A stretch of DNA of 63,558 nt, filler included, from Collodictyon triciliatum (GCA_043381765.1; 5 parts of 5 records of this genome joined end to end with filler, not necessarily neighbours in it); one strand, 5' to 3'; shown: positions 1-14,325, counted from the first letter of the whole stretch. Notes: generated by a model from the letters alone, not told the origin. Made by a program: numbers and translations.

Positions 1-95
1 TTTTTTTTGTTTTTTTTTCTTTTTTTTTGCTATTCAAAATTTAAGATCTGTACTGAAAATAACAATATTTGAAAAACAAACATGCAGTAATGTAG

Positions 96-735
96 ATGAT
101 GCCCAATATCCAACGTATGAGACTCTCCTAGAGATTCTACCAGTCTTTCATTCTACTTCACATCACCAGGTACCTTAATGAATTACATAAATATATTGCT
201 CTGATGCTATCAACTTGATCTCGTGCTTGGCATTCCTTATTATGTTTATTCACACAAAATTGCATAAATATATGACTAAATATGCATCAACTTTTCCATT
301 CATTAAGGAGAAAACTTTAAACATCGCACCTGACAGTCCACAATATGTCAAGCCTTCTGTTTCTTCTTCTTTGCTTTACTTTATGATGACGGAACTTTTT
401 AGTCCGGCTGTAAAAAATGCTGCACTAAGTTCGGACGAGGTCTTCATTTTCATGTTCCCAGTTTTTCACTTTATCTCCTGAAAGGGAAACGAAGAAGGCT
501 GATACTTTCATCAACCTTTTTTTTTTTTTTTTTATGTTTTGGTTTCTTTTTTGTCTCATCCCAAACATCAATAGACCTCACAAAAAGCTGTTGAGTTACT
601 GAAGATGAGAATCATTCCCCTTATCCTTTCTTTGAGCAGAGAAAATTTCGAGAAGTTCTCTCCTGATCTTTTCCAGTCTTTCGCTGTAAGCACTCATATA
701 TATCAATGTCCCTGTCCACAAAAGTTTATGGTTTA

Positions 736-779
<44 letters not shown>

Positions 780-3700
780 AGTCCACAAAATTTTATGGTT
801 TAAAAAAAAAAAAAAAAAAAAAGCGATTAAAAAACATAAATGACCCTCCCTTCGTAGGATACGATGAAATCGTCTCTACATATTCCAGGGGATGTCAAAT
901 TTTATGCATCAGTAGCTCAGTGCTTGTTAGTTATGGGTTTTTTACAAGAAGATGTCATTCATTTGATCGATGTTTCAAATTTGCTTCTCTTACACACTGC
1001 ACAATTTGGTTCGAGCCTGTTGAAGACTCCTATCGACATCCTTCCGAAAAGCATTAGTTCTACGATAAAGTTACCGCAGGAGAAGCCATCCCCACCGACT
1101 TTTTTTCATAAAATTCTCAGTATGGAATTTATGCATCGCATATGTTCGTCATAGCATCCTTGAACGCTACAATTCACTATAGTATTGTAAAATCACACTC
1201 GCATTCATGCTCCTGTGGTCCCATTTAAATTTATGTCTGCACTTTCATATGATTAGGTATACAACCCACTGGTATATCTTTTGGAAGCAGGAACGGAAAT
1301 ATTGCAGCACTTGAAAACTACGTATACTTCTTCGACACTTTCAATCTCAATAAATGCTGCCTGAATAACAATGGCGTTGAACCAAGTCAAGCTTTCCCGG
1401 TTGTTTCATTGAGAGATGTTACTCTATCAATCGAGGACTATAGGAAAGGATACTTACTCGCAAATGAGGAAGCTACTCTCCGATTGCTATCTTGGAAGAA
1501 TAAGATCATGATTATAACCATCATCGGAGATACAATTTTTATTAACTGTATTAACCATGCGTCGGAGCATGAAAGTCATAAGGTTTAATAGCCATTTTCT
1601 CATAAGATTAACGGAAAATTGTGCTATCCCCATCTATTCTTCTGAAACATGTGTGTTTTTTTAGTCCAAGATATCTACTCCTGTTGCCTGCCTCCTTCCG
1701 CCGGTGGAGCAATCAACTAGTAAGCTTAGCAACAATATTATGCACCTGAGTATAGACTCCATAGGATTTCTACAAGTACTTTACGCGCATCCCATAGACA
1801 CGGCGAAGTTTGTTTTTGTTTATGTTTATAATTATATTTATGTTTCTATTTTATTTTATTTTTTGTTCGCTTATAAAAAGTTTTTTGTTATAGCCCATCT
1901 CACCTTTCACTGATAATTATACTTGCACCATAGATATATGATGGATGTCCTGCGATGTACAGAGGAGTCCGGTATTGTGAATTCAATACTTGTTTGAATT
2001 TCTCTCTCGTGTTTAGTAATGTGGTGGTCAAATGAACAACCTTGGTGATAAAAAGATCGATTAACACATTCTCGTATGATATAGGCTATCTCAAGGTTAA
2101 GTTCATCGAACGACATGAATCCAAGGAGCCAGCTGTTTCGCACTTCACTCCTGAGATGTGTCCTTTCTGTTGTGCGTTGAATTTTGGTGGTGGTGGTGGT
2201 GTTGATTCCTTTAGAAAAGGATGTGTTAATTGTGGTGAGTCGATTGTAAGATCTGGTTTTACTCCAGCGAAAGCCGATAAATCAAACATGGGTGGAGATG
2301 AGGGAACGAGTCCAGAATCGCCCTTTCTCCGAAAACTTTGTGACGATTGGAGACAAATAACGCTACAAAAACCCTATCAGATACCCCAAGAAGCAACTTT
2401 CTTACAGGTAGGCAACATAGGCTACATGTTTGGCGGCATATCTTTTGGGACGAGCGAGATGTATCATAATTCCCTTATTCGCATTGATATTGGTAAATTT
2501 ATTATCCTGTAAACCAAGAAAAAAAGTTAATCATACATGCACCAAACCCTTATATGATTTAGAATTTTCTCTGAAAGAGATTACCCGAATCTTTTCGACG
2601 TGCTGTTTCTTGGTATAACTTGATAAAATGTGATTTTTTTACCATATTAGATGAAAAGAAGGTTGAAACCTTGAAGGCTGTTGGAGAATGTCCCGTGGGT
2701 CGAAGAAATGCTAGCATCGTATCTGTTGGCAATACGATATATGTTATCGGAGGGCAAGGTCATGACAGCATTCAAGTATGTCAAATGGTCTATTAACCGA
2801 TGTGAATCTTTTGTTTATATATAACTATTTTCTTACATTTTTCGATCTGGGTGATTGACTTAGATGGACCTTGATGCCTTCAATACCGATACAAATCATT
2901 GGACTCACATCGAAACCTCTGGTGCTGTAAAGCCACCTCCGTGCTTCTCCTCGAAAGTAGTATACGACCAAGGGTCATATATTTACCTAGTCGGAGGACA
3001 CACAGAAAATGGGCATCTTCCCCTAGATATTTGGAGACTTGATCTGTCAAACTATAGCTGGGAACATATTGAAACTAAATTGGAGAACTATAGAGATGAA
3101 ACTCATCACATAGCAGCTACATTTTATAAGGACAATTTCATCGTCGCTGTTGAGCAACACTGGAACAACCATGAGACAATTACATATCAAATTCTTGATC
3201 TCAATACAAAATTTTGGTCTCGAAAACAAAGAAATTGTCCAACACACAACTCATCAAAAATACTAAGTCACCCAGGTATAACAAAGAATTTCTAGGTTTT
3301 CATTTGATTGTATTAATGGTCGCTATCAAACATGACTGTAGGAATAGCAAAATTGTATATAATGATAAATGTGTCTTTTTAGTTCCAGGAGATATGATTT
3401 GCGCTGCTGCTCTAATCACGGTCGACAACGAAGTCCTCATAGTTGAAATTCCTCTAGATGCAGAAAGGGAGGTAAAAATTATGCAACATTTAAAACTGCC
3501 AGTACTAGGACACCTAGGTTCAATTACCTGGGCGAAGTCTGAAAATAGGTCTGAAGCTAAAATATTTTATTCTTTTTAGTTTCCTCTTTCTTCTTTTCTT
3601 TTCTCCCTTTTTCTTTTCTCCCTTTTTCTTTTCTTCTTTTCTTCTTTTCTTCTTTTCTTCTTTTCTTCTTTTCTTCTTTTCTTCTTTTCTTCTTTTCTTC

Positions 3701-6700
3701 TTTTCTTCTTTTCTTCTTTTCTTCTTTTATTTTTTATTATTTTTATTTTTATTTTTATTTTTATTTTTATTTTTATTTTTATTTTTATTTTTAATTCAGT
3801 TGCCGCCCACATGTTCCAATAGAAAAAGTCACGAAACCATTATTGTATCAAACCGATCTTTATTCTTGCAAGATGTTAGTCCTTACCTTTCTGTTTCCAT
3901 AAACCCAGTTGGTGCATTATATCACTACCGCCAAACGATGCTTCAGAGATATTTGTAAGTATTAGCCAAGAGCATGCGCTTATTATGCATACCATGTTAT
4001 CTACGAGCGTTTCATTTTAAAATATTTTATCATAGGTGCTAAGTCTCCAACCTCGTTTCTTTGATACGGAGAATCAAATCTGGGTATCTGATGACGACTA
4101 CTATTATCTCTATACAGCCTCTCATAGATGTAATGTACCTAAGACGTCTTCAAAAAATGCTGTTGTGTCCAAATACGATAAGGGACTAAAGCATATCATG
4201 GACTTCATGGTGGAAGTGCCTCCAGGGGTCGACTTGGAAAAGGATGCATGGCTTTTTCATTCAAGCCTTGATTTATTTTTGGTAGTTTCAAAAACATCAA
4301 GATTACTACTTGTATTTGAACCTAAAGTCTCTAAGAAATTTGAACCTCCACAAACCCAAGGTGTCATTCAAACAGTGCACGATGTTATAGGGCTAGTTAA
4401 GAAATCAGTTTTTTCGACAGAGAAAGATTCGCTGACAGCTAAAAAGGGATGGGTGATTCAGTCTGTTGATAAATTTTTAACGTCAGTATGTGAACTGATG
4501 GATACGTTGTGCGCCTCTATTTGGAACTACGGCGACGCAACACCTATATTCTCGCTTCTACTAGAATCTCTGCAGATGGTCAAGGATATCATGGAGATCA
4601 TTGCGCTGAAGAAATTAGCTCTTGAAACCTTACCCAAGCAGGACACATTTGCTAAAATTCATCAATTAATCTTGAATGTGCGCAAGAAAACACGAGCTTT
4701 TGGGGGGCAAGAAAACATTTTTTCATTTTCAGGGACATTTACCAGACTTTACCAGAGACTCGTGCACTTATTTTTCTCGATGTCCTTCATATTGTTTGAC
4801 AATTTTAATATTGAACTCGGAGTTCCTCAACTGTCGGATTTACTTTTTGAAGTTCTTGAAGACACGAATTTCGGACAATTTTTGAGTGTGATTGATAACA
4901 AGGAGTTTACTTACTATTCTTCAAGACTCATTAGATCTCACGAAAAAGAAGTCGTGCGTGTTTTAATCTCTAAAGAAATATCACAAAAACACCAATACCA
5001 AATGAACAGAATTATAGATGATTCTTTAAAATTTACTTTGAACGCCACCTCTTTATTGGCTCCTACTTCAAGCTCGGTATCACATTTGCACATGTATTTA
5101 TGCATGTGCAATACAATTGTTTTGCATATACTTCCGAAACTTAATGAACTTGAAAGTATGAATGTTTTAGTGGATGGTTACATGAGGAGACTGCAGTTCC
5201 TGGTGGAATTTATCTGCTCTAAATTGGTATCCAAAACTCATTTATTCGAAGATATATTCAGAAACCATGAATCAGACCTGGAAACATTTCTCCAGCTTCC
5301 AGCAATAATCAGGGATGCTGTAGCAGATCAATCATTTCGAACTCGTATTGTTAACTCATTCAAGGAACTTTATCAATCTGTGAGTAAAATCTATAATGAT
5401 TATATTAATTTTTAACCTAAGTAATGTTTAGTGATAATCAATTTGTGTATTTGGCAGATAACCAAATCCCTTTTCCGGTCAGACTCTGTCTTCGTTACTG
5501 AAGAAAAAATGACACTATTTCAAGATTTGTTCTGCTTGCCCTTGTTTTCATCTTTGTCATGGGTCTGGTTCTAAAAAAAAAAAATTCACATTAAATAATC
5601 TAAAAGGACAGTCTTTGAAGATGCAAACATTTATTTATTGCAAAATGATAAAGTTAGTGTAAAGCGCTCTTAATCCCGATTAAATTGTTTTATTTGCAAA
5701 AAACGTTGAATTATATAACATATTTTTAGGACTCTACTTACGATTCAGTACTGGTGTCTGATTCTGTAAATTGGATGATACCCGTTAACAACGAAACATG
5801 GAAGACAATAGTGGAAGAAAAATCAGAGGGGGACATATCCACCTTCGATAAATGGCTAATGAAGTGTCAGAAGCAAAAAGTTGAATCCTGGGTTGACCCC
5901 CAAAGTATTTTTATTTTCATTTTCAAAAAAAAAAAAATCTGATATTGAACGGATTGATTTACCCTTTTCTTTTAAAAAAAATAATAATGTTAACACTTAG
6001 CTTGGAGGTTGATGAAATGTATCATGGTGACAAAGGCCTATCTGAAGGGAGATTTGCCCCTTCTTAATGATTGCTATTCGATGATGAAGACAAAGTCCAA
6101 TGCAAAGGAATTCATGGAGCCATCAGAAGACTTGAAGTTTGCATGCCAAATTTCAGATCAGGTATGATGCGTTCAATATCACAGTCTTGATTTATAACGG
6201 TAACTGCTTTTCTAAGATGGAACAAATGACTTACTCTCCATGTCACACATCGGCACCCACACATACCCTTCTCTTTTCGACTATCCTGATAACCCCGCTC
6301 GATCATTTCTCTAGATGATATCTCTTCTCCGTGGAAATTCACAACAACTTCGATATCAGCAAGAAAATGGGTCAACTTAAATAACATGTTTTTATATTGA
6401 AAATGCTGCATAAGTGCTCCAGTCTTTATTCTTATTTTTAATTTTAATTTTAATTTTAATTTTAATTTTAATTTTATTTTGTGCCTAAGCCTCTTTGGAT
6501 TAAAAAAATTATGCAACCATATATCAGAGGTGAGAAGAAAGCTGAACAATATTTGAGGCAAGTCGAGCAAAAGTGTCGATTTATTATGACCCTTAGAAGA
6601 AAAGACCTGGAAGTAAGAAGCCCCGGAGCTGCTTCATCGGCACCCAAGAGTTTTTCTCATATTCTCAAGCGTAGCTCATCTTTATACGTCCATCCGTCAG

Positions 6701-9700
6701 GAGATCATAAGTGTATTGATTGCAAAATTTTCTATCTCTATCATCCGTTACAATATGTAGTTTCTGTATCAAAAGCGGTAATGCCTTATCCGCCCAAATA
6801 TATGAGATCATTGTCCATTCGATGCTCACTATATTGAAATTGTAGTTAAATCTTCGTTAAAGAAACAAAAATCAGACCAATTTAGTGAGCCAAGGGTAAT
6901 ATCTTTGTAATTAATGACTGTCTTATTAGGTGTGCCATAACAATTAATTCAATAACTTTAACATGTGCGAAACCTCTTTCATAGGCATCACAGCCAATTA
7001 GCTCAAATATCCATGAGGGACTTTACAACTTTTTGAGAAAAGATAGTGTAGATGCCGTGGATATTTTCAGATATCTTAGTCATACACAAAGGAGCTCTAT
7101 TGTTATGGAATATATTGTGTCTATGTTTTGTAAACTGTTGGAGCAGATAACTGGGCCAGACAAACAAGAACTATTGATTAGCTTTTCAAAGGGAATGCTC
7201 TTTGCGTTGTCCGAAACATCTACTATACTGGCAGTTCCAAAGTCAAGCCTGGTAAATATGTTGTTTTTATTAATAATAGAAATAATATGAGACCAAATAA
7301 CATTTTAATCCTTGGTTCTTTATACTGTTCGTAAAAGGAAAAAATATGTCAATTAGTTGCTGAAAATCTCTTTTTTTAAAAAAAAAACATATCAGGTTCA
7401 TTCGACTAAACTTGGTCTAGTTTTCAATTCCATGGAAAGAATAGTTTCACATATTATATCTGCCATCAAATCTGCTAATCATATGCATTCAGTGATAGCA
7501 ATATCTGTTGTTGTATACCTTCCTGTGCCTGAAGGAATATGGTCTGAAACAAATGTTGCTATGCAAACACTGCAGCAACTGGCCCTTGCATTTGAAGCTA
7601 ATGATACAGGAGACATCCACCTTCAGGACCAAAGAACAAAATTTTTCCTATTGGTTAAATGGCTTTTCAACTCGAATCATAAATCGATGATACTTGTTCA
7701 TCAATTTGTCACTAAAATTATTCAGAAGATTCTGAACAAGAAACAAATCATGCTGAAAGAGGTCAATTATGCAAAGTGGGCTGAAATATGCCATTCTAGT
7801 GAAAATATTATGACAATAAATGAAGCAGTTCAAGGAATTGATATCATCATAGGGCTCATACTCCACCTCTTTCCCTTGCCCACTGCCAGAAAGCATTTTC
7901 AAACACAAGACTTTATAAATGAACTTATCAGTATTGCATCAATGCTTATGCCACGAATTACTGAATCTTGCTGTGAGGTCTTGGGCTATGCTCTCGTTTC
8001 TGAAGACCTAAATAAATCTTCGGACTCATCTTTAAATTCGAGTGTAATAACTGCGTCCTTGGACTATTCTTCAATTTTTGAAGCCCTATTTGCTCTTCTG
8101 GAGACTTATGAGCGACACCCGATTTCTCCATTAGCATGTAAGATATTTATTCGATAATGGGTAACGTATTTGCTCGGTTATTATTGAATATAAATATATT
8201 CGTTTATTTTATTTTCGTAAGCACTTAATTATATTTTTTTAGTCGTATCCTTACCGAACATGAATCAAATGGCTTGTCCTTCTCCTTCAAGTGTATTTTC
8301 AATTCAAAAATCATCTATGCCGCCTCAACAACCTGCTTCATCACCACCATCGCAACCTACACCATTTTCATTTGGGAATGCTCGACCATCGGAACCTACA
8401 ACACCAACCCAATCTACTGCTACACCGCCATCGCAACCTTCACTATTCTCATTTGGGAATGCTCAACCATCAGCATCTTCAACGTCTGCTCAGCCTGCTA
8501 CTGGATTGCCGTCTCCAATTCCTTCATCATTTTCATTTGGGAATGCTCGACCATCAGTATCTTCAACACCAACCCAATCTACTGCTACACCACCATCGCA
8601 ACCTTCACTATTCTCATTTGGGAATGCTCGACCATCGGAACTTACAACATCTGCTCAATCTGCCACTGGATTGCCGTCTCCAATTCCTTCACCATTTTCA
8701 TTTGGGAATGCTCGGCCATCAGCATCTTCAACGTCTGCTCAACCTGCTACTGGATTACCGTCTCCAATTCCTTCATCATTTTCATTTGGGAATGCTCGAC
8801 CATCGGTATCTTCAACGTCTGCTCAATCTGCTACTGGGTTATCGTCTCCAATTCCTTCACCTTTTGGGAATGTTCGACCATCAGAACCTACAACACCAAC
8901 CCAATCTACTGCTACACCGCCATCGCAACCTTCACCATTCTCATTAGGGAATGCTCGACCATCGGAACTTACAACACCAACCCAATCTACTGCTACACCG
9001 CCATCGCAACCTTCACCATTCTCATTTGGGAATGCTCGACCATCGGAACCTACAACACCAACCCAATCTACTGCTACACCGCCATCGCAACCTTCACCAT
9101 TCTCATTTGGGAATGCTCGACCATCGGAACCTACAACACCAACTCAATCTACTGCTACACCACCATCGCAACCTTCACTATTCTCATTAGGGAATGCTCG
9201 ACCATCGGAACCTACAACATCTGCTCAATCTACTGCTACACCACCATCGCAACCTTCACTATTCTCATTAGGGAATGCTCGACCATCAGTATCCTCAACG
9301 TTTGCTCAATCTGCCACTGGATTGCCGTCTCCTATTCCTCAATTCTCCTTTGGAATTACGCCTTCAACGACTCAACCTCCGTTGAACGTCTCTTTGAGTA
9401 GCCAGGGCAAAAAGACGTCAAATCTCATTTTCACAGAAAGGCTAAATCCTGTTGAATATATATTAATGGAGAAAGGGACAACATTTATGACTAGAGATAC
9501 CATATCAGCAAATGAAATTGTAAGGATGAATGACTCTATTAGAAATCTCTTTCAAAAATTACTAATAGATGAGTCTTTTCAAATATTTTTTGAAAACACT
9601 ATGATGGAGAATTGTGAAAATATTAAAACTTGGATTAATGCAAGCACTCAGCAAGAACACAAATCAGGTTTTTCCTGTTTATCCGACATAACTAATATTT

Positions 9701-10191
9701 AAGAGCTATATTTACCATATGAATGCCATATTTGGGTCGAAATTTTGGTAAATAATTTTTATTCTTGGCGTTTTTTTCTCCTCTTCTGTATATATCATAG
9801 TCCATGGTGCGAAGGGGAAATGGGCTATCGTCAAGCAGCTAGTAATTTGGATAGGCTTGATATCTTTTAATCGAAAGCAATCAGGCTACCGAAAATCTCT
9901 GCGCTCCGTGGCTAAGTTGATCGGAATATACGGTTTTTTTTTATGTTTTTTTGTTTTTTATTTTTTTTGTTTTTTATTTTTTTTGTTTTTTATTTTTTTT
10001 GTTTTTTATTTTTTTTGTTTTTTATTTTTTTTGTTTTTTATTTTTTNNNNNNNNNNNNNNNNNNNNNNNNNNNNNNNNNNNNNNNNNNNNNNNNNNNNNN
10101 NNNNNNNNNNNNNNNNNNNNNNNNNNNNNNNNNNNNNNNNNNNNNNTTATTTTTATTTTTATTTTTATTTTTATTTTTATTTTTATTTTTA

Positions 10192-10222
<31 letters not shown>

Positions 10223-11720
10223 CTTCCTTTCAATTTGATTATTATTGATTATTATCCTCAGATACATGAGTGCCCCTCTGTTAATGGTGAAAAGATATCT
10301 ACATCTCTTAGAAAATCATGATATATTACTTTTTATATATAATTGCAGCATCTAGCGAGTTCATTCCCAAAGGTGAAGTAGTTACTATTCGATACAGCAA
10401 CGAGAGAGGAAAAGTAACAAAAGTATGCCACTCGATGAAAACTGTACAGGTTTCCCTCAATACTGGTGCCCAGCGGATTGAACGGGAAATATCTTTTGAT
10501 GACATCCTTCGTGATTTTAAGGTTATCATCTAGTATTTTACCATTAATTTACTACATACACTTACCGGGCTTTCCTCATATACTCCAAGGAGTTTTTAGT
10601 GATAATTCAAATATATAGCATGTTGAAATGCACCTTCTAGAGTCAATATCAGAGTTTCTTATGTCTTCTGCGAGAAAATCAAACTGGTTCAGCCACACTG
10701 ATAGATTGTTGATATCCGTAATTGAAATGCATTTTATTCACATCCTTACACGCAAGGTTGTTATTGGAGAATTGATGTCTGCAAAACTTAAAGGTTCTTA
10801 TAACGATCGATATCTTTCTTGTAACCTATAGGAAGTACACTTTTATTTTACGCTCATTAAATTCGAAATTAATTAGATTTACATTCTCTATGTATTAGGT
10901 TTTATGGCTGAAAATGTTCGAAATGTCAGTCTAAATGGACCCTTAGATACTTTTGATATATCTGATAGACTCGGAATTTGCATTTCACGCCCCAATCTTC
11001 AACGGGAGATCGAGACCTATCAATCAATGATTAATATTGCTCACCTCAACAGAAGCTCTAAAATGAATATGATATCCTTTGCTGGTTCTAAAGGGAACGC
11101 ACAATTCAGATCTAAATACCTGGGTTCTCCTTCACACTGGATTGGCCCTTCATCAGTGATTGACAAGACATACATATTTGCCCATAACAGGTTTTCTTTT
11201 GCGTTATTGATTTGTTCATAATTGTAGTTTTTTATTTGATACTGCCAAATTGGAATGAACTCTGGAATAGTAATATGAGAATGAAACATACATGAGGTTT
11301 ACTGAATTATTATTTTATCTTTTTTTCTATTTCTTTTTTTTTTAACATTTTAGTCAATTGCTTGCCGTGTCCGATGGCGCACATCTACAACATTTGCCTT
11401 TATCCATGGAAACAACATTTTTATCAGCTCAACCAGGGTTTGCCATTTTTAAATTGTGCACTGTTCATCCACACTTGATAAATCTGGTATCTTAACGGGT
11501 AATTATATCATCTCTAGTATTTGTATTGGCTTCGCTGATACTCGCCTTAAGGTGGAAAGTCATGTTGATGAATTCTATGGGCTCTATATTTCAGACGATG
11601 TCAAAATATGTGTTCCTGGTCATGGTTACAGAGCCCATCGAATCCATGATGTTCTGGTAAATATGACAATTTGTGAATCCTCAAAATTCAATACTATTAT
11701 ATCTTGCTGGCTTGATTTAA
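96..11720 (+). CDS. Giant multi-exon protein (partial at both ends): CxxC-CxxC motif, Kelch repeats, helical region, FxFG tandem repeats, SH3-like segment, C-terminal SPRY-like segment; possibly a HERC/HECT-type ligase scaffold
   Basis: Chain of + strand ORFs linked by GT-AG introns (e.g. 4036-5415, 7357-8157, 8243-9668). Kelch blades GYMFGG, TIYVIGG, YIYLVGG...DIWRLDL...W at 2400-3230. CPFC...CVNC near 2160-2235. ICIGFAD...IISCWLDL at 11518-11720. Exact exon structure not fully resolved, and it may be more than one gene. Confidence 0.6.
8340..9360 (+). repeat. Coding minisatellite, about 13 units of 78-84 bp encoding P/S/T-rich FSFGNARPS repeats
   Basis: Recurring ttctcatttgggaatgctcgaccatc core in ORF 8260-9702, with two alternating spacer types. 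Confidence 0.95.
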
Positions 11721-11862
11721 GTTATTTATATATAATTATGGTTTATTTCTAAATTTCTTTTTCTTTTTCTTTTTCTTTTTCTTTTTCTTTTTCTTTTTCT
11801 TTTTCTTTTTCTTTTTCTTTTTCTTTTTCTTTTTCTTTTTCTTTTTCTTTTTCTTTTTCTTT

Positions 11863-11962
11863 NNNNNNNNNNNNNNNNNNNNNNNNNNNNNNNNNNNNNN
11901 NNNNNNTTAATTAATTAANNNNNNNNNNNNNNNNNNNNNNNNNNNNNNNNNNNNNNNNNNNN
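11863..11962. other. Artificial scaffold linker (N44-TTAATTAATTAA-N44)
   Basis: Six-frame stop 12-mer between N runs; the same structure occurs four times. Confidence 0.97.
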
Positions 11963-14190
11963 TCTCACAGAGCTGTGTCTTTGAAGTTCGGGCATATGCG
12001 ATGGATGAGATGCCACATTCCACGCTGCCAAAATCCTTTCGGATGGGTAAGCATATCTGTCCACCATCTCATCGTGAGCGATGTCCATGAAATATCAGGC
12101 GTTATGAATCCCAGCCCTCCCTCTGTGGGTGTCTTAGAGAGCGTCTTGATTTTATATTTTAGACAATTCGTGGCGATGAATTTGCGTCAGATGTCATGGA
12201 ATTGAGACATGTTTAGTTGGAACATGTTTCTTGGAGGCAGAACGTCAGTATGAGCGAAAAGAGCTGTGTTTAGGGCTTCTTTTCAATGTTGATAAGGCCT
12301 CTGCAATAGTTCCCAATCGTAGCCTGCGTACCGAGGAGTGGGAAAAGAGGAGGAGATAGAGTGAACTTTGCTGGCCCTTAGAAAGCATGTATTCCGCGTC
12401 CCCCTGGTTATTTACGTGAGATGCTGGGTTCACCTTCGTTTTCATTTTTTTTTTGTTTCTTTATATTTGGTGATGTACACGGTTGATTCCCTCTCTTGTC
12501 CGTAGATGAGACATAATTTTGGGCGGCTTCATTTTTTTCTTGTGTAGGTGAATCTGTGGTGGGGGATTGAGCAGAGTGTTTAAGTCTAATCTTAGGTTCT
12601 TTTTTCTTCCCTCCTTTTTTTTCTGGAAAGTCGTTTCTTCGTAGAGGGGTGGAGACTATTCGCAATCGGGGTGCGCTCACATAGGGAGCTTGAAGAGCCT
12701 TATGCGAGGGCGAAAGGTTGTGCTGACTGTCATCTCGTATCCAGTTTCTGAGATATTATTATCTAACGTTTCTGATGTGGTCGCTGATGGGGAGAATCTT
12801 TGATGGGTTTGGGAGCTTTATCATCAGAGTGGCTGGTGGGCGCGGTTTTCTCTCCTTTGCTGTTCGATTCGGATACCAGGCAGTTTAAGCTTACCATTCT
12901 TCGATATTCTCTTTAATATCCAAATGCGAGTTTGGTGGGGCATTATCGGGTTGAAAAAGTTGGTAATTTTGGGAGCTGACAGCGTTCTCATCACATCTTC
13001 AAATACCTAGTCAATCACTAAATTCGCCTGCTCCGCATTGATTAATAAACTTGGAATATCATATTCGGACGGATAGACACGTAATTCGGCCATATTTTCT
13101 TGCATCCATTTCTTTTTTCTATTTTACCCTATATTCATTCAAAATGATACAATTTCTTGATTTTTGAGACGCTTCATTAGTATTTATTGTAACACCGAGC
13201 ACTTCATCTTTCAATCGAACAAAGTGGGGAAAAAAACATCGAGCACTTCATCTACGAATTTCTTAGCAATTTTTTCTTACTCCTTCCGATGTTTGAAGAT
13301 GAAGTTTCTTACTTTTTGGCCTTTTAGTTCGGTTCTAGGTGTTTTTTACACACTCGAACCATAAATATCTGACCAGACTTCAAGGCTGTGATTGACTACT
13401 GTTTTCTAGAAGCTCAAGCCGCGAGTGGAAACGGTTTTCTTGTGTGTGGTGCCTTGATTGGATTGACATTATTTTTTACATGGTTTGGTCTTTCCTGCTG
13501 TTTCCTTCTTTGTTGGGTGATGGCGGCAAGTCGAACTCTTCACATAGTGCTTATGTTCACAAGACAGCACTTTCCATGAATGACGATGGAGGAGGGTATT
13601 TTCAATCTTCCCTCCCTCGTCAAAGCTAACAGTCGAGAATTTCATTCGTATTCCTCCTGGCTTTGTCCAGTTGACTTTGATTAGGGTGAAGGACTTTCTG
13701 CGGGCATTTAAATGGTCGGTTCAATTGATTCTAAACGGGATAGTAGGCAATTGTGTGGCCTTGAGGGCATTTTGGCTGAATTGGGAATTTCATGGTGGTC
13801 GAAGGAATGAAATAGCGTGCTCTTAATGAAGGCTGTCATTCTTTACTTTCTAGGAAAAGCTAGTCTGAGGGAGATGACAGGGATGTTCACTATAAGTGGC
13901 ATACCCTCTTCGTGTCAATTTTTGGTGTCCGTCACATTTCTCAGTTGGCCGCAGATATTCGTGCGCTTTGCGCAGGAAAGGAATGGCGATTGCCTCCCAC
14001 AAAGGCGAACAAAACAGTCTTTGTCTTTGGAAAGCTCATTCTCCATTTCACTATTTGAGAGTGGTATGTCAGTCACAAAAGATATATTGGAGCTTTGATT
14101 TCCCGAGGCAAGCTCACCATTACATGAATTTGGATCGATATTAGAACCATTATCATATGTTTCACAAAGTTTTATTGTTAATTTAACCAA
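11963..14190 (-). mobile_element. Decayed non-LTR retrotransposon (LINE): ORF1-like remnant plus N-terminal APE endonuclease of ORF2, cut by the scaffold end
   Basis: On the minus strand, with frameshifts, APE motifs appear in order: LRLGT..CRGL (about 12322-12295), DV/FCLQET (about 12246-12225), GGLGFI (12120-12103), AYART (about 12000-11985). Upstream 1.8 kb is intronless, broken, K/P/S-rich coding-like sequence. 5' boundary approximate. Confidence 0.65.
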
Positions 14191-14325
14191 ACGAAATGGA
14201 AAAAAAAAGCAGTTATTAAGTTTTCATTTAACATGTTACAACACGCTCTCCACTAGGAATATATTTACCGAAAAATACTAAATGATAATAAGGATGGTGA
14301 TAATAAATAAGAATGAGATTGCTTG

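Noticed and set aside
8245-8252. GTATCCTT and ATATCCTT U12-like donors at 8245, 11072 and 22637
   Set aside because: They lie inside continuous coding frames
8340-9360. Regularly spaced repeats as a CRISPR-like array
   Set aside because: The spacers are themselves repeated and in frame; eukaryotic exon; no cas genes
8274-9401. Overlapping 375-aa Cys/Ile-rich and 218-aa His/Leu-rich ORFs
   Set aside because: Shadow frames of a stop-free coding minisatellite; only the FSFG frame is in phase with the upstream exon and continues into unique sequence
11907-11918. Palindromic TTAATTAATTAA repeated four times
   Set aside because: Always centred in exactly 100-bp N blocks; an artificial six-frame-stop linker
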